From: an uncultured Phycisphaeraceae bacterium
GTDB lineage: Bacteria; Planctomycetota; Phycisphaerae; Phycisphaerales; UBA1924
Assembly (NCBI GenBank): GCA_964391865.1
Contig: CAYMNQ010000003.1
Coordinates: 1 to 64,000, forward strand
Direction of reading: 5' to 3'
DNA: 64,000 bases
In this document: piece by piece, positions 27,568 through 37,984 of the stretch
Layout of the letters: each line of letters opens with the position of its first letter
How positions within the stretch are numbered: position 1 is the first letter of the stretch
Translations under genes and position numbers: made by a program
Notes under the pieces: generated by a model
Seen by the model: only the letters and a program-made list of their open reading frames with translations
Database searches by the model: none
What the model was told of the DNA's origin: nothing

Positions 27568-27688
27568 CTCCTCCGGCGAAACGTAGGGCGCCGGTCGCCG
27601 ACAGCAAAAAAGGGAACGCGCCGCCCAATGAGCCCGCGGCGCGCCCCCGAGGAGGCGGAGTTCCATCGATGACAAGCGGTCCCCGCGA

Positions 27689-27970
27689 TTACATCAGCCG
27701 TTGCAGTTGCCAGCGCGCGGATGACTGTTCCGCCGGGCGGATGACGTACTGCCGACCGTCGTCGCCCATGACTTCGAACAGCTTGCCCGGCTCTTCGCAC
27801 GAAATGAGCATCGACACGCGGGCGAATTGCCAGCCTTTGCGGTCGAGCTTGATGAGATCGCCCGACATCGGCGCGGCGTGATCACGCAGCTCCGCGTTGA
27901 ACTCGTTCCACTTCCGGCGGGCGTTCGACGCGATCCGGTTTACCCCTCTGGTCAATTCTGCGAGCATCAT
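27689..27970 (-). CDS. small hypothetical protein (93 aa)
   Basis: Strong RBS AGGGAGA 7 nt before the ATG. Mixed composition with K, E, W, Q. Divergent from aroDE. Confidence 0.45.
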   Translation of the reverse strand: MMLAELTRGVNRIASNARRKWNEFNAELRDHAAPMSGDLIKLDRKGWQFARVSMLISCEEPGKLFEVMGDDGRQYVIRPAEQSSARWQLQRLM

Positions 27971-28266
27971 GGTTGGTCTCCCTTGATGATGATGTTGAGC
28001 ACGAAAGCCGCGCCGCGAGGGGAAACGAACGGCGCGCTCGCCGGAGCCGGATTCGATTCGGCGTGACGCCCGCCGTGCCCGTTGTGCGTCCCTTCTGCTG
28101 GGCGGGGCGGCGGATCGAACCGCGACACGTGAACCATACGATTCGTTTCCGCGATTTCCAAATACCGTGCAAGCGGTTTTTTCGGGCGTTTCTGCGGCGA
28201 TGTGCGCCCTTCGGCCGCGGTTCTCATCGCCGGCGCGGATGGCGGCACGCGCCGTACACTCCGCGC

Positions 28267-29901
28267 GTGCCGACGCTCGTGTGCGTGCCCATCATGGTTG
28301 AGGATGTCCACGCCGCGCTGGCGGACGCCGCCGCCGCGCGCTCCGCCGGCGCGGACCTCGTCGAGTACCGCATCGATTCGCTCTTCCACGGCGAGGGTGA
28401 CGCGGAGGGTGATGCGGGCGCGATCCGGCTCGTGCGCGAATCGCCTCTGCCCTGCATCGTCACCTGCCGATCGTCTGCCGAGGGCGGTTCGTACGACGGC
28501 GACGACTCGGCCCGCGTGTCGCTGTACGAGAAGCTCGGCACGCTCGACCACCCGCCGCGGTACATCGATGTCGAACTCGCGACCTACACACGCTCCGCGA
28601 ATCTTCGGCAGAAGGTGAATCTCGCGGTCGATCACCCCGGCGCGGCGCGCGATCTGGCGACTTCACTGATCCTCTCGACGCACGACTTCAACGGCCGCCC
28701 CGCGAACTTGTTCAAGCAGATGAGCGCACTTCGCGATGAGCCGGCGGCGCGGGTTCACAAGATCGCCTACCGCGCCCGCTCGCTGCGCGACAACCTTGAA
28801 TTGTTCGAACTGCTCCGCGAGCGTGACCGCCCCACGATCGCCCTCGGCATGGGCGAGTTCGGCTTGATGTCGCGCGTGCTCGCGCCGAAGTTCGGCGGGC
28901 TCCTCACGTTCGCGTCACTCCGCAATTCATCAGCCACGGCGCCGGGACAACCCACCATCGCCGAGCTGCTCGGCCTGTACCGATTCAGTTCCATCACCCC
29001 GGCGACACACCTCTTCGGCGTGATCGGCTGGCCCGTGAGTCACTCGCGCTCGCCGATGGTCCACAACGCCGGGTTCGAAGCCGCCGGGCGCGACGCGGTG
29101 TATCTGCCGATGCCGATCGCAGAGGGATGGGAACCATTCAAAGCGACGGCGCTGGAGATGCTCGGCACGCCGTGGCTGGATTTCCGCGGCGCGAGCGTCA
29201 CGCTGCCGCACAAGGAGCATCTGGTGCGACTGGCGCGCGAAGACTCGTCGCGAGCGTGGACGATCGACCCCGCCGCGGCCCTCGCCGGCGCGGGGAACAC
29301 GCTGGTGGTGGACGACGTCGGCGCGTGCCGCGTGATGAACACCGATGCGGACGCGGCGGGCGAACTGCTGCGCACCGCGCTGGACGGAGTGCTCGACGGG
29401 AAAACCATCGGCATCCTCGGCGCGGGCGGTGCGGCGCGGGGTGTCGCGGCCGGGGTCCTGCTCCGCGGCGGTCGCGTCCGCCTCTTCGCGCGCAACCAGC
29501 CGCGCGCCACCGCGCTCGCTGAGGAGCTCGGGCGCGCCGTGGGCGAGCCGGCCCGCATGCTGGCTGATGCGATCGACAAGATTTTGTCACGGCCGTGTGA
29601 AGCCATCGTGAACTGCACGCCCGTCGGCATGCTCGGAGGCGGGGCGGAGGCTGAGTCGCCACTGACCGACGATCAAGTGAAATCGCTCCGCCCCGGCACG
29701 GTCATCTTCGACACCGTCTATAACCCCCCGTCTACGCCGCTCTTACGCTCGGCGGGCGTGGCCGGGCTTCCCACCATCACCGGCGTTGATATGTTCGTGA
29801 GCCAGGCGGCGGCCCAATTCGAAGCCTGGACGGCAATGAAAGCACCAATTTCGCTCTTTCGTCGTGTGTTGGCCGAAACTCTTGACAACACGGGCCCGTA
29901 A
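28267..29901 (+). CDS. aroDE: bifunctional 3-dehydroquinate dehydratase (type I) / shikimate 5-dehydrogenase
   Basis: Type I DHQase start LVCVPIMVEDV. Shikimate DH motifs GVIGWPVSHSRSPMVHNAGF, TLPHKE, GAGGAARG. GTG 28267 is proposed; the track ORF 27973.. begins upstream in the divergent promoter region. Confidence 0.75.
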   Translation: MPTLVCVPIMVEDVHAALADAAAARSAGADLVEYRIDSLFHGEGDAEGDAGAIRLVRESPLPCIVTCRSSAEGGSYDGDDSARVSLYEKLGTLDHPPRYIDVELATYTRSANLRQKVNLAVDHPGAARDLATSLILSTHDFNGRPANLFKQMSALRDEPAARVHKIAYRARSLRDNLELFELLRERDRPTIALGMGEFGLMSRVLAPKFGGLLTFASLRNSSATAPGQPTIAELLGLYRFSSITPATHLFGVIGWPVSHSRSPMVHNAGFEAAGRDAVYLPMPIAEGWEPFKATALEMLGTPWLDFRGASVTLPHKEHLVRLAREDSSRAWTIDPAAALAGAGNTLVVDDVGACRVMNTDADAAGELLRTALDGVLDGKTIGILGAGGAARGVAAGVLLRGGRVRLFARNQPRATALAEELGRAVGEPARMLADAIDKILSRPCEAIVNCTPVGMLGGGAEAESPLTDDQVKSLRPGTVIFDTVYNPPSTPLLRSAGVAGLPTITGVDMFVSQAAAQFEAWTAMKAPISLFRRVLAETLDNTGP

Positions 29902-29918
29902 GCGCATAAGGTGAATAT

Positions 29919-30278
29919 ATGGTGCGGCAACCGGTCCTCTATCCCGCCGCGTACCCGATTTTCGTCGCGATGGCGGCGGCGGATGTGTTCGTGACGTGGT
30001 TCTTTCTGAACATTGGTTCATTCAACGTCTGGGGGCACGCCTTCCACTGCGTCGAAGCCAACCCGATCGCCTGCGCGCTCAACAGAGCGCTTGGACCCGC
30101 CGGGCTGGTGATCCTGAAGTTCAGTACCGTGCTGTTTGTCCTCTGTGCCTGCGAGTACATCGGGCGTAAGCGGCATATGACGGGTAAGCGGCTTGTCGAG
30201 TGGGCGATCGCTCTCAACGCGCTCGCGGCGGTGCTTGGGGTCACCCAGATCGCCGCCGCCACTCTCGCGGCGACGTGA
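29919..30278 (+). CDS. small membrane protein co-transcribed with aroDE
   Basis: AAGGTGA RBS then ATG, 17 nt after the aroDE stop. 3 TM segments. Confidence 0.5.
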   Translation: MVRQPVLYPAAYPIFVAMAAADVFVTWFFLNIGSFNVWGHAFHCVEANPIACALNRALGPAGLVILKFSTVLFVLCACEYIGRKRHMTGKRLVEWAIALNALAAVLGVTQIAAATLAAT

Positions 30279-30382
30279 GTCGGGCCGATATCAATCGATC
30301 TTGAGTTGATGAGTTCGCACGCAGTTCGGGCAATGATCCGCCCGGTTGATGCGTTGGGCTTGTGCTCATTGGAGAACGACAG

Positions 30383-31351
30383 ATGAACAACATCGCTCGC
30401 TTTGCCGCGATCATCATGGCGTGTCTCGGCACCGGCTTCGCTTGGGGTGCGGGTCCGAGTACCGCGGAACCGAAGCCCGAGATGGCACCCGCGCCCACGG
30501 ATCCCCTCGCCGGCCCGCGCGTGCGCGAGAGTGGCACCGATCGCCCGGCCGGCGCGCCGACCCTCATCGAGCGCACCTTCGAGGGCAAGCTGAAGCGCTA
30601 CGACACCCGCATCGAAGAGGCCGCGGCGCAGCGACTCAACCTCGCGCCCACCGAGCGTGAGAGCGTCAACGCTGTTCTTGCCGCCCGCGCCGCCAAGATG
30701 GACGGCATCGTCCGTGAGAATGTCGAACTGCTGCTCAAGGGCGTCTCGGCCCGCGAGTCGGGCGATCGCAAGCTCATCCGCGAGAACCTCCTCGCCATGC
30801 GCGAGAAGTTCGGCGACCTCGCCGACCGCGGCGGGCTGCTCGACGAGCTCGCCGACGCGATCCCGACCGAACGGGCCGACGAACTCCGCGCCATGGTGCA
30901 GGAGTATTGGCGTGCCCTGATCGAGGAAGAGACCGCCAAGCAGCGGCGCGATCGCGTGAAGTTCATGGAGGACGCACCGGCGGATGGCGAGCCGGGCGAG
31001 CACGACGCGAAGGACGATCCCGCCCCGGACATGGACTCAATGCCGAGCCCGCGCGCCGGCAACCGGCAGGTGCTCACCCGCCTCGCGCTCGAAGAGTTCG
31101 GGCGCGAGATCAAGCGCAGTTACGACCGCATCGCTCAGGACGGGCAGAAGCGCCTCGACGAAGTCATCACGCAGCTCGCGCTGACGCCCGAGCAGGAAAG
31201 CCGCGTGCGGCAGATCGTGCTGCAGCACGCGCAGGAAGCAAAGCTCAACCCGAACGCGAAACAGAAATCAAAGCTCTTCTTCGACGTGCTGCGCGAGCTG
31301 ACCCCCGAGCAGCGCCGCAAGTTCATGGAGCTGGTGCGCGAGGGACGGTGA
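30383..31351 (+). CDS. periplasmic LTXXQ-motif protein (Spy/CpxP-like)
   Basis: Signal peptide MNNIARFAAIIMACLGTGFAWGA. Repeated L(T/A)PxQ/E motifs (LNLAPTERESV, LALTPEQESRV, LTPEQRRKF). GGAGAA RBS. Confidence 0.55.
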   Translation: MNNIARFAAIIMACLGTGFAWGAGPSTAEPKPEMAPAPTDPLAGPRVRESGTDRPAGAPTLIERTFEGKLKRYDTRIEEAAAQRLNLAPTERESVNAVLAARAAKMDGIVRENVELLLKGVSARESGDRKLIRENLLAMREKFGDLADRGGLLDELADAIPTERADELRAMVQEYWRALIEEETAKQRRDRVKFMEDAPADGEPGEHDAKDDPAPDMDSMPSPRAGNRQVLTRLALEEFGREIKRSYDRIAQDGQKRLDEVITQLALTPEQESRVRQIVLQHAQEAKLNPNAKQKSKLFFDVLRELTPEQRRKFMELVREGR

Positions 31352-31366
31352 GGGTGGGCGTGCGGG

Positions 31367-32278
31367 TCAGGCCGCCCCTGCGAGCACCGCATCCGCGAGT
31401 TCCCTGAAGCACCCTTCCCCGCCGCCTGATTCTAGCACCAGATCGACCCGGTTCCGCACCTCGGCGTGCGCATCCGCGGGGCACGCGCTCAGCCCCGCGA
31501 GCGCCATCGCGGGCAGATCGTTCACATCGTCGCCGAGATACACCACGCTCGCCGGTTCGATACCCAGTCGCGCGCAGAGCGCCGTGAATCGCGCGCCCTT
31601 CTCGCCCTTGCCCGCGTCAACGCATTCGACGCCCAGCATGCGCGCCCGCCCCATGATTGACTCCGCTTCGCTGGTCGCGCTGAGCCAGCCGACCTTCACG
31701 CCGCGCTCGAAGAGCATGTGGTGCCCGAGCCCGTCTTTCGTGCTGAAGACGCGCCCGCCCTTGATGGAGCCGGCGAAGTGGATCCCGCCGTCGGTCAGGA
31801 CGCCATCGACGTCGCTGATGATCGCGCGGATGTCGCGCGCGATCGGGAGACGCCAGCGCATCGCGCCGCGGACGATCGGGTGATCGCCCGGCAATCCGCG
31901 CGCGACGGCCCGCGCGAGTTCGAGTTCTTCACCACCGGTGATCCTCAGCGCTTCAATGGGCGAGTGCTGGTGCGCCGCCAAGCTCGATGCCCGCGCCGCG
32001 ACCGCCGCGCGAACGCTCGATTCCAGCACGAAGGGCCGGGCCGGGTCGGCGACGATCGCGCCGCGCATCGGCGCGTCCGCGCCGATCACACGCAGCCCGT
32101 GCCGATCAGCGAACGCGCGCGCGTCGGGTAATCCCGCGCGGATCACCACCCGCTCGCGCGGCAGGGCGCGCATCAAGCCGTGCGCCGCCCAGCCGACGAG
32201 CGGCACGCCCAGCACGCGCTCCGTTGCTATCGCCCCGGCCGACTCGGCATCGACGATCGCGTCCATTTCCATGAGCAC
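31367..32278 (-). CDS. kdsC: KdsC-like HAD phosphatase (KDO-8-P phosphatase family) with N-terminal extension of about 140 aa
   Basis: C-terminal half has IISDVDGVLTD...GDDVNDLPAM HAD motifs I-IV with KdsC-like spacing. N-terminal half resembles part of a sugar-nucleotidyltransferase. Confidence 0.65.
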   Translation of the reverse strand: MLMEMDAIVDAESAGAIATERVLGVPLVGWAAHGLMRALPRERVVIRAGLPDARAFADRHGLRVIGADAPMRGAIVADPARPFVLESSVRAAVAARASSLAAHQHSPIEALRITGGEELELARAVARGLPGDHPIVRGAMRWRLPIARDIRAIISDVDGVLTDGGIHFAGSIKGGRVFSTKDGLGHHMLFERGVKVGWLSATSEAESIMGRARMLGVECVDAGKGEKGARFTALCARLGIEPASVVYLGDDVNDLPAMALAGLSACPADAHAEVRNRVDLVLESGGGEGCFRELADAVLAGAA

Positions 32279-32366
32279 AGACTACCGCCAGCCCGAGAGC
32301 ATTATTGCGTTGCCCGCATATTGGTCAGGCCGCATGACGTCGCGCGGGCACACGGCCGACCCGGTT

Positions 32367-33482
32367 TCACTCAGACGCCGGGGCGCCGCCGCACGCTTCG
32401 CCCCAGCGCGCAATCACCTCGGCGATGTCCCCGAGCCCCACGTCACCGGAAGTGTCCAGATCCTCAGCGGTCGATGCGGGAGGAGACGCCAGCCCCCAGT
32501 TCACGATCAAACGGGCCAAGTCGCTCAGCCCCGCCGAGCCGTCGCCGTCGACATCGCCCTCGCACCCCGGACCCGGCAGCACCTTTCGCGAGAAGAAGTT
32601 CCAGATGACTTCGCTCGCCGAGAAATCGCGCGAGGTGAGACCGATGGCGGACTCCGGCAGATACTGTAAGCCGCCGGGCCAGGTGTGCCCGCCGTTCACG
32701 ACCACGATCCGGGCGAGTTCGAATCCTTGCGTGGACGCCGTGTAAGATTCGCGGAACGAGCTCGTGCCGTCCGCTTGCGGGTTGGCGAGCGGGGCGCTGC
32801 TGGGTGGGCCGTTCCCGTTCACGGCTTGCCAGTAGGTCATCGCCTCCAGCGAGCTGCTGCTCGGCTCGCCAGTCCCGGGGAAGACGCCGCCCTCGAACGC
32901 GATCAGGGGGTCCGCCGTCCCGACGATCTGCAGCACGTGAACCGGCCCGTCGGGCGTTGCCTGCTCGATGAACGCCCGCGCGAGATTGTGCGCGACCGGG
33001 GCGATGGCGGTGACTCGGTCGCGCAGCTCCGCGCCCAGAACGAACGAGAACCCCGCTCCGTTCGAGAGCCCGGTGGCGTAGACGCGCCGCGGATCGACGC
33101 CGAACTCGTGGGTCAGTCGGTCGATCGTCGCGCGCACATACGCGAGATCGTTCTCAGGGCTGCCGGTCGAGGCGCGGTAGTCGCCCCAGACGCCGTCGCC
33201 GGCGTCGAGATACGCCACCGCGAACCCGCGCGCGTCGGCCGTGGCGTTGAGCCCGGTAAGCGCGCGGAAGGATTCGGCATTGCCCGTCCCGCCGTGGAAT
33301 CCAAGAATCACGGGGCGCGGCAGAGGCCCGCCGCTCGCCGGGAGGTGCAGCAGCGCCCGGCGCATGGACCCATCGGGCATCGCGATTTGGAGTTCCTGGT
33401 CCGCTCGACCGCCGCGGCTCAGTACCAGGAAGATCGCCGCGCACATGGCACCCAGGCTGGACTGACTCCGGCGCTCTCGCAT
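32367..33482 (-). CDS. PHB-depolymerase/LpqC-family esterase with C-terminal dockerin-type module
   Basis: Signal peptide; alpha/beta-hydrolase nucleophile elbow GLSNGAG. C-term CEGDVDGDGSAGLSDLARLIVNWG...DLDTSGDVGLGDIAEVIARWGEAC. Confidence 0.7.
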   Translation of the reverse strand: MRERRSQSSLGAMCAAIFLVLSRGGRADQELQIAMPDGSMRRALLHLPASGGPLPRPVILGFHGGTGNAESFRALTGLNATADARGFAVAYLDAGDGVWGDYRASTGSPENDLAYVRATIDRLTHEFGVDPRRVYATGLSNGAGFSFVLGAELRDRVTAIAPVAHNLARAFIEQATPDGPVHVLQIVGTADPLIAFEGGVFPGTGEPSSSSLEAMTYWQAVNGNGPPSSAPLANPQADGTSSFRESYTASTQGFELARIVVVNGGHTWPGGLQYLPESAIGLTSRDFSASEVIWNFFSRKVLPGPGCEGDVDGDGSAGLSDLARLIVNWGLASPPASTAEDLDTSGDVGLGDIAEVIARWGEACGGAPASE

Positions 33483-33596
33483 GGCGTTGCCTCCGAGCCG
33501 GGCACAACGCGAACGCGCACCGCTTATTGCGATCTCACGCGATGCGGCCCAGTCCGCCCCGGGTGGCCGATCTCCCGGACCCGCTCGCCACCGGGA

Positions 33597-33851
33597 TCAA
33601 TTGAGCGATTCGATCCGCGAATACTGGTCGAGGTTGATCATCGCCAGTTCGCCGTCGGCCTTACGGAGTTCAACGCGGTCGAGCCACAGCTTGTCGCCCG
33701 CCGCGTGGGCGAACCACGACCCGGTCTTCTGCTGCCCGACGCGCAGGATCTCGCCCTCGACGCTGGCGCTTGTGCCGCCCTTTCCGAAAGGGATCTGCTG
33801 GGTGACGCGCACGCGCATGCCGGGGCGGAGTTGTTCGGTCGGAACGAGCAT
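33597..33851 (-). CDS. small hypothetical protein (84 aa)
   Basis: Internal Met start giving MLVPTEQLRPGMRVRVTQQIP...RIESLN, which is protein-like. No clear RBS. Confidence 0.35.
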   Translation of the reverse strand: MLVPTEQLRPGMRVRVTQQIPFGKGGTSASVEGEILRVGQQKTGSWFAHAAGDKLWLDRVELRKADGELAMINLDQYSRIESLN

Positions 33852-33882
33852 GCGGGCAGTGTAGCGGCGGGCGCTTGCCCGG

Positions 33883-35238
33883 TCACGCCCGCACGATGTT
33901 CGATCCGGGGACCGCGCGCATCGCGTTCCGCGTGTCGACCACCAACCTCGCATGCGCCGCGATCATCGCCCAGTCGTACGCCGAGTGGTGCGTCGAGATC
34001 ACCGCCGCGTCGTAGCCGCGCAGCATCTCGGGCGAGAGCGGCACGCTGTCCATCTTCAAGTCATGCCGGCGCATGCGGTGCGTCCGCGGCACGTGCGGGT
34101 CGTTGTAGTCCACCCGCGCGCCGAGCGCATCGAACTTCTCGATCAGTTCGAGGCTCGGGCTCTCGCGCACGTCATCGATATCCGGCTTGTACGCCAGCCC
34201 CAGGATCAGCACCCGCGCCCCGCTGATCGGCGTGCCGCGCTCGGCGAGCGCGCTCACGGTCCGCCCGACCACATAGTCCGGCATTGCATGATTGATTTCG
34301 CCCGCCAGCTCGATGAACCGCGTCGGCTGTCCGATCCGGCGCGCTTTCCACGACAGGTAGAACGGGTCGATCGGGATGCAGTGCCCGCCCAGCCCCGGGC
34401 CGGGGTCGAAGCGCTGGAAGCCGAAGGGCTTCGTGCTCGCGGCGGCGATCACCTCCCACACGTCGATCCCCATCGCGCCGAGGATCACCTTCATCTCATT
34501 GACGAGCGCGATGTTCACCGCGCGGTAGATGTTCTCCAGCAGCTTCGCCGCCTCCGCCACCTCCGCGCGCGAGCAGGGCACGATCGTCTCGAACGCCGCC
34601 GCGTACAGCGCGACCGCGGCCTGCCCGCTCGGCTCGTCCACGCCGCCGACGAGCTTGGGGATCTGGTAGGTCGAAAGGTCCTTGCGCCCGGGGTCCTCGC
34701 GCTCGGGCGAGAACGCGAGGAAGAAGTCGGTGCCGAGCGAGAGCGTGGCCCCTCTCCCCGGCCCTCTCCCCGAGGGAGAGGGTGACAGGAGCCGCGGCAA
34801 CACTTCATCGCGCGTCGTGCCGGGGTAGGTGGTTGATTCGAGCACGACGAGCTGCCCCGCGCGGAGCGTCGCGCCGACATCCTCCGCCGTGCGATGGACG
34901 TATGAAAGGTCCGGTTGCTGCGCCTGATCCAAGGGCGTGGGCACGCAGATCAGCACCGCGTCCGGCTCGCCGAGGCGGTGGAAATCGCACGTGGGCTCGA
35001 ATTCCCCGCCCGAGCCCAGCCGAGCAACGAACTCGTCGCCCAGATGCCGGATGTACGAGCGCCCGGCGCGGAGCATCTCGATCTTCGCCGGATCGACATC
35101 AAAGCCCAATACGCGGAACCCGGCGCGACGGAAGACCCCCGCCAAGGGGAGGCCGACATACCCGAGCCCGATCACGCCCACGACGGCGGAACGGTCGGCG
35201 ATCTTGCGGAGCAGACTGACAAGCGCGGCGGTGGACAT
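33883..35238 (-). CDS. UDP-N-acetyl-D-glucosamine/mannosamine 6-dehydrogenase (nucleotide-sugar dehydrogenase, WbpA/WecC-like)
   Basis: GLGYVGLP Rossmann start. Catalytic GGHCIP. UDPG/MGDP dehydrogenase three-domain layout. Contains a Pro/Gly-rich insert. Confidence 0.8.
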   Translation of the reverse strand: MSTAALVSLLRKIADRSAVVGVIGLGYVGLPLAGVFRRAGFRVLGFDVDPAKIEMLRAGRSYIRHLGDEFVARLGSGGEFEPTCDFHRLGEPDAVLICVPTPLDQAQQPDLSYVHRTAEDVGATLRAGQLVVLESTTYPGTTRDEVLPRLLSPSPSGRGPGRGATLSLGTDFFLAFSPEREDPGRKDLSTYQIPKLVGGVDEPSGQAAVALYAAAFETIVPCSRAEVAEAAKLLENIYRAVNIALVNEMKVILGAMGIDVWEVIAAASTKPFGFQRFDPGPGLGGHCIPIDPFYLSWKARRIGQPTRFIELAGEINHAMPDYVVGRTVSALAERGTPISGARVLILGLAYKPDIDDVRESPSLELIEKFDALGARVDYNDPHVPRTHRMRRHDLKMDSVPLSPEMLRGYDAAVISTHHSAYDWAMIAAHARLVVDTRNAMRAVPGSNIVRA

Positions 35239-35320
35239 GGCGCGAGCAAGGCTACCCGAGCGACATCGAACGAACGCGGCAAGCACCGATCGCGTACAAG
35301 TGTGCTGGCGCTTTGGGCCG

Positions 35321-36988
35321 ATGATGTTCGGCACGAGGACGGCCCGCCGCGGCAACGACTCCGCATCCCGCATGAGCGAAGACCCCCAACACACCCCGCC
35401 CGCCACAGCACCCGTTCTCGCCGAGCCGGTCGTGCCGGCACCGGGCGGCGATGGGCTCGCGAAGCGCGTCGGGCATTCGATGGTCTGGCAAGCGCTGAAC
35501 ACCGGGCTGGGCAAGGTGCTGAGCTTCCTGGCGCAGATCGCGCTCGGGTGGCTGCTGCTCGCCGAGGACTTCGGGGTATACGCGATCGCGGTGTCGGTCG
35601 TATCGTTTCTGGGCGTCTTTCGTTCCGGCGGCGCGCGCGACCTGATGATCCAAGGTGGCTCGAAGCGCTACGAGGAACTCGCGGGCCCGCTCTTCTGGAT
35701 GGCCATCACCGCGGATGTCGTGACCGCCGCGCTGCTCCTGGCCGCCGCGCCGATCGCCGCGTGGATCTACGGCGATCCGCAACTGATGTGGCTCATCGCG
35801 TTCAACGCCGTGTTGATCCCCTTCGGCACGCCGGGCGTGATGCTCTCGGCGAAGCTGGTGGCGGACCTGCGCTTCCGCGAATACTCGATCGTGCAACTCT
35901 GGGTCCAGATCTGCCGCTACGGATTGTCAGTGCTCTTCGCGTGGCTCGGCTTCGGCACGATGAGTTTCTTTCTGCCCCTGATCCCCATGATCATCGCGGA
36001 GTTCACGCTGGCCAGCCGCTACGTCGACGACCGACCCTGGGAGCGCCGAGCGGAACTGAACCGCTGGGGCGGGTTCCTGCGCCAGTCGCGCTGGATCATC
36101 TTCACGACATTCACCGGCGCGACTCTCACCAACGGCGAGAGCATGATGATCGGGGCTTTCGTCGCGCCCGACGTGCTGGGCGTCTTCTTTTTCGCCCGCC
36201 AGATCGTCGTCCAGACCGGCGCGATGCTCGCGTGGAACTTGCACCAGGTGCTCTTCCCCGCGCTCAGCCGAATGGACGGCGAGTGGGAGCGCCAGCGCCG
36301 AGCGATGCTCCGCGCGCTCTCCACGCTCAGCCTCGCGTCGGCTCTTTTCATGGGGGTCCAGGCGGTGACGTTCGCGCCCCTCGAGCGCCTGCTCTGGCAA
36401 GGCAAATGGAACGCGGCGGTGCTGCCCACCATCGTGTGCGCTATTCTCTACCCGATGCGCATGATGCTGTCGGTCGCCGAAGCGACCTGCTACGCGCGCA
36501 TGCGATTCCGCATGCTCGGCGCGGTGCACGTCACGCTGGCGATCGCGCTGATCGGTTCGGCGGCGACCGCCGCGAAAGTGTGGGGCGACCCGCTGAGCCT
36601 CTCCATCGTCAGCGGCGTGGTCACCGCCGCCGCGTGTCTCGCGATCAACGTCGTCGTGCTCAAGGTCTTCGAGATCCCCCGCCGCGCGACGATCGCCGCC
36701 ACCGTGCCCGCCTGGCTCGTCACCGGCGTGATATGCGTCCTCATCGTCCTTGCCGACCGGCGAATGGCGGCGATTCTCGAACCGCTCATCGCGCCCGATG
36801 GTCAGCGGTGGCGCATCGTGATTCTCGACCTGCTGCGCTGCGCCTACACCGGCGCGATGTTCTCCGCGGCGATGCTCCTCATCGCGCGGGTTCTCTTCCC
36901 GCGAGAACTCGGCGAGTTCCTCCGGGTGGTGCCGCGAGGATGGGGCGCGCGGGTTGCCCGGTGGCTGCGCGTGGAGCAGGCGGCGTAG
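35321..36988 (+). CDS. wzx: Wzx-like oligosaccharide flippase (polysaccharide biosynthesis protein family)
   Basis: 12-14 TM helices; family-like N-terminus (KRVGHSMVWQALNTGLGKVLSFLAQIALGWLL). Start is ATG 35321 or ATG 35372; divergent from the dehydrogenase gene. Confidence 0.7.
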   Translation: MMFGTRTARRGNDSASRMSEDPQHTPPATAPVLAEPVVPAPGGDGLAKRVGHSMVWQALNTGLGKVLSFLAQIALGWLLLAEDFGVYAIAVSVVSFLGVFRSGGARDLMIQGGSKRYEELAGPLFWMAITADVVTAALLLAAAPIAAWIYGDPQLMWLIAFNAVLIPFGTPGVMLSAKLVADLRFREYSIVQLWVQICRYGLSVLFAWLGFGTMSFFLPLIPMIIAEFTLASRYVDDRPWERRAELNRWGGFLRQSRWIIFTTFTGATLTNGESMMIGAFVAPDVLGVFFFARQIVVQTGAMLAWNLHQVLFPALSRMDGEWERQRRAMLRALSTLSLASALFMGVQAVTFAPLERLLWQGKWNAAVLPTIVCAILYPMRMMLSVAEATCYARMRFRMLGAVHVTLAIALIGSAATAAKVWGDPLSLSIVSGVVTAAACLAINVVVLKVFEIPRRATIAATVPAWLVTGVICVLIVLADRRMAAILEPLIAPDGQRWRIVILDLLRCAYTGAMFSAAMLLIARVLFPRELGEFLRVVPRGWGARVARWLRVEQAA

Positions 36989-36994
36989 CGCGGC

Positions 36995-37939
36995 TCAGTT
37001 CGATGAACGGCCGAGCAAGCGGTCCGACACCCCCACCAGCGTTCCGAGCCCGTCGGCGCAGCTGATCCGCGCGACCAAGAGCCGCTCGCTATCTCCGAAG
37101 GGGAGGAGCAGCAGTCGCGCGATCCCGTGCAGGATGAACCGCGCCGAGCCACCCAAGATCCACTTGAGCCAGCGGATCGCGTCGACCCGGTCGTATGTCC
37201 TGATGCGCTGTCGCGCGTTTACATACAAGAGTTTCTCGAACCATATCTGATTCACGCGCTCCGGCAGCACCCAGTGCTTCACATGGGCGTGCGGTGTGTA
37301 GAAGATGCGGTAGCCGGCACGAATCGCCCCCGACATGAACACGGATTCCTCGAGCGTGCCGAGCGAGTTGCCCTTGCGCCCCAGATCCTTGCGGAACGGG
37401 CCCACGCGGTCGAACACCTCGCGCCGAAACGAGAAGTTCGCGCCGAACAAGTGCGGACCGTCGAGCTCGCGGACTTCGTCGCCGCCGTCATGCCCCGCGA
37501 GCAGCCACTCGTACTTTTTCGGCAGCCAGTCGGGGCGCTGCACCGCCTGCCACCACAAATCCACCCGCCCGCCCACCACCCCGACCCGCTCACCGCGCGT
37601 GTCATAGATGTCCAGCAGCGCAAGAACCCAGCCCGGATCGACCAGCACATCGTCGTCGGTGAAGATCAGAATGTCGTGCGATGCTTCGCGCAGAGCGCGA
37701 TTCCTCGCCACGCTGAGCCCGGGCTCGGGCTCGACCACCACCTTCATCGGCACCGGCATCCGCGCGGCCCACTCACGCCCCACCTGTTCGGAGTTATCGC
37801 GGCACGCGTTTGCCACCAAGACGATTTCCGCGGGGCGACCCGCCGGGAATTGCAGCTTCGTGAGACCTTCGAGCGTCTGCGCTAGGATCGCCGCGCGGTT
37901 GTAGGTGCAGATCAGGATCGAAAACCCGTCGCTCGGCAT
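36995..37939 (-). CDS. family-2 glycosyltransferase (copy B of a tandem pair)
   Basis: SILICTYNR start. DxD in FTDDDV. About 75% identical to the adjacent copy. Confidence 0.8.
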   Translation of the reverse strand: MPSDGFSILICTYNRAAILAQTLEGLTKLQFPAGRPAEIVLVANACRDNSEQVGREWAARMPVPMKVVVEPEPGLSVARNRALREASHDILIFTDDDVLVDPGWVLALLDIYDTRGERVGVVGGRVDLWWQAVQRPDWLPKKYEWLLAGHDGGDEVRELDGPHLFGANFSFRREVFDRVGPFRKDLGRKGNSLGTLEESVFMSGAIRAGYRIFYTPHAHVKHWVLPERVNQIWFEKLLYVNARQRIRTYDRVDAIRWLKWILGGSARFILHGIARLLLLPFGDSERLLVARISCADGLGTLVGVSDRLLGRSSN

Positions 37940-37984
37940 ACATCCTCCACGCCGTTTCTGGCTTTGCGCCCATCGGCCCGCGCG

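Noticed and set aside
34937-35320. 5' extension of the flippase ORF
   Set aside because: Overlaps the divergent dehydrogenase gene (start 35238). Arg/Pro-rich before the first plausible Met.
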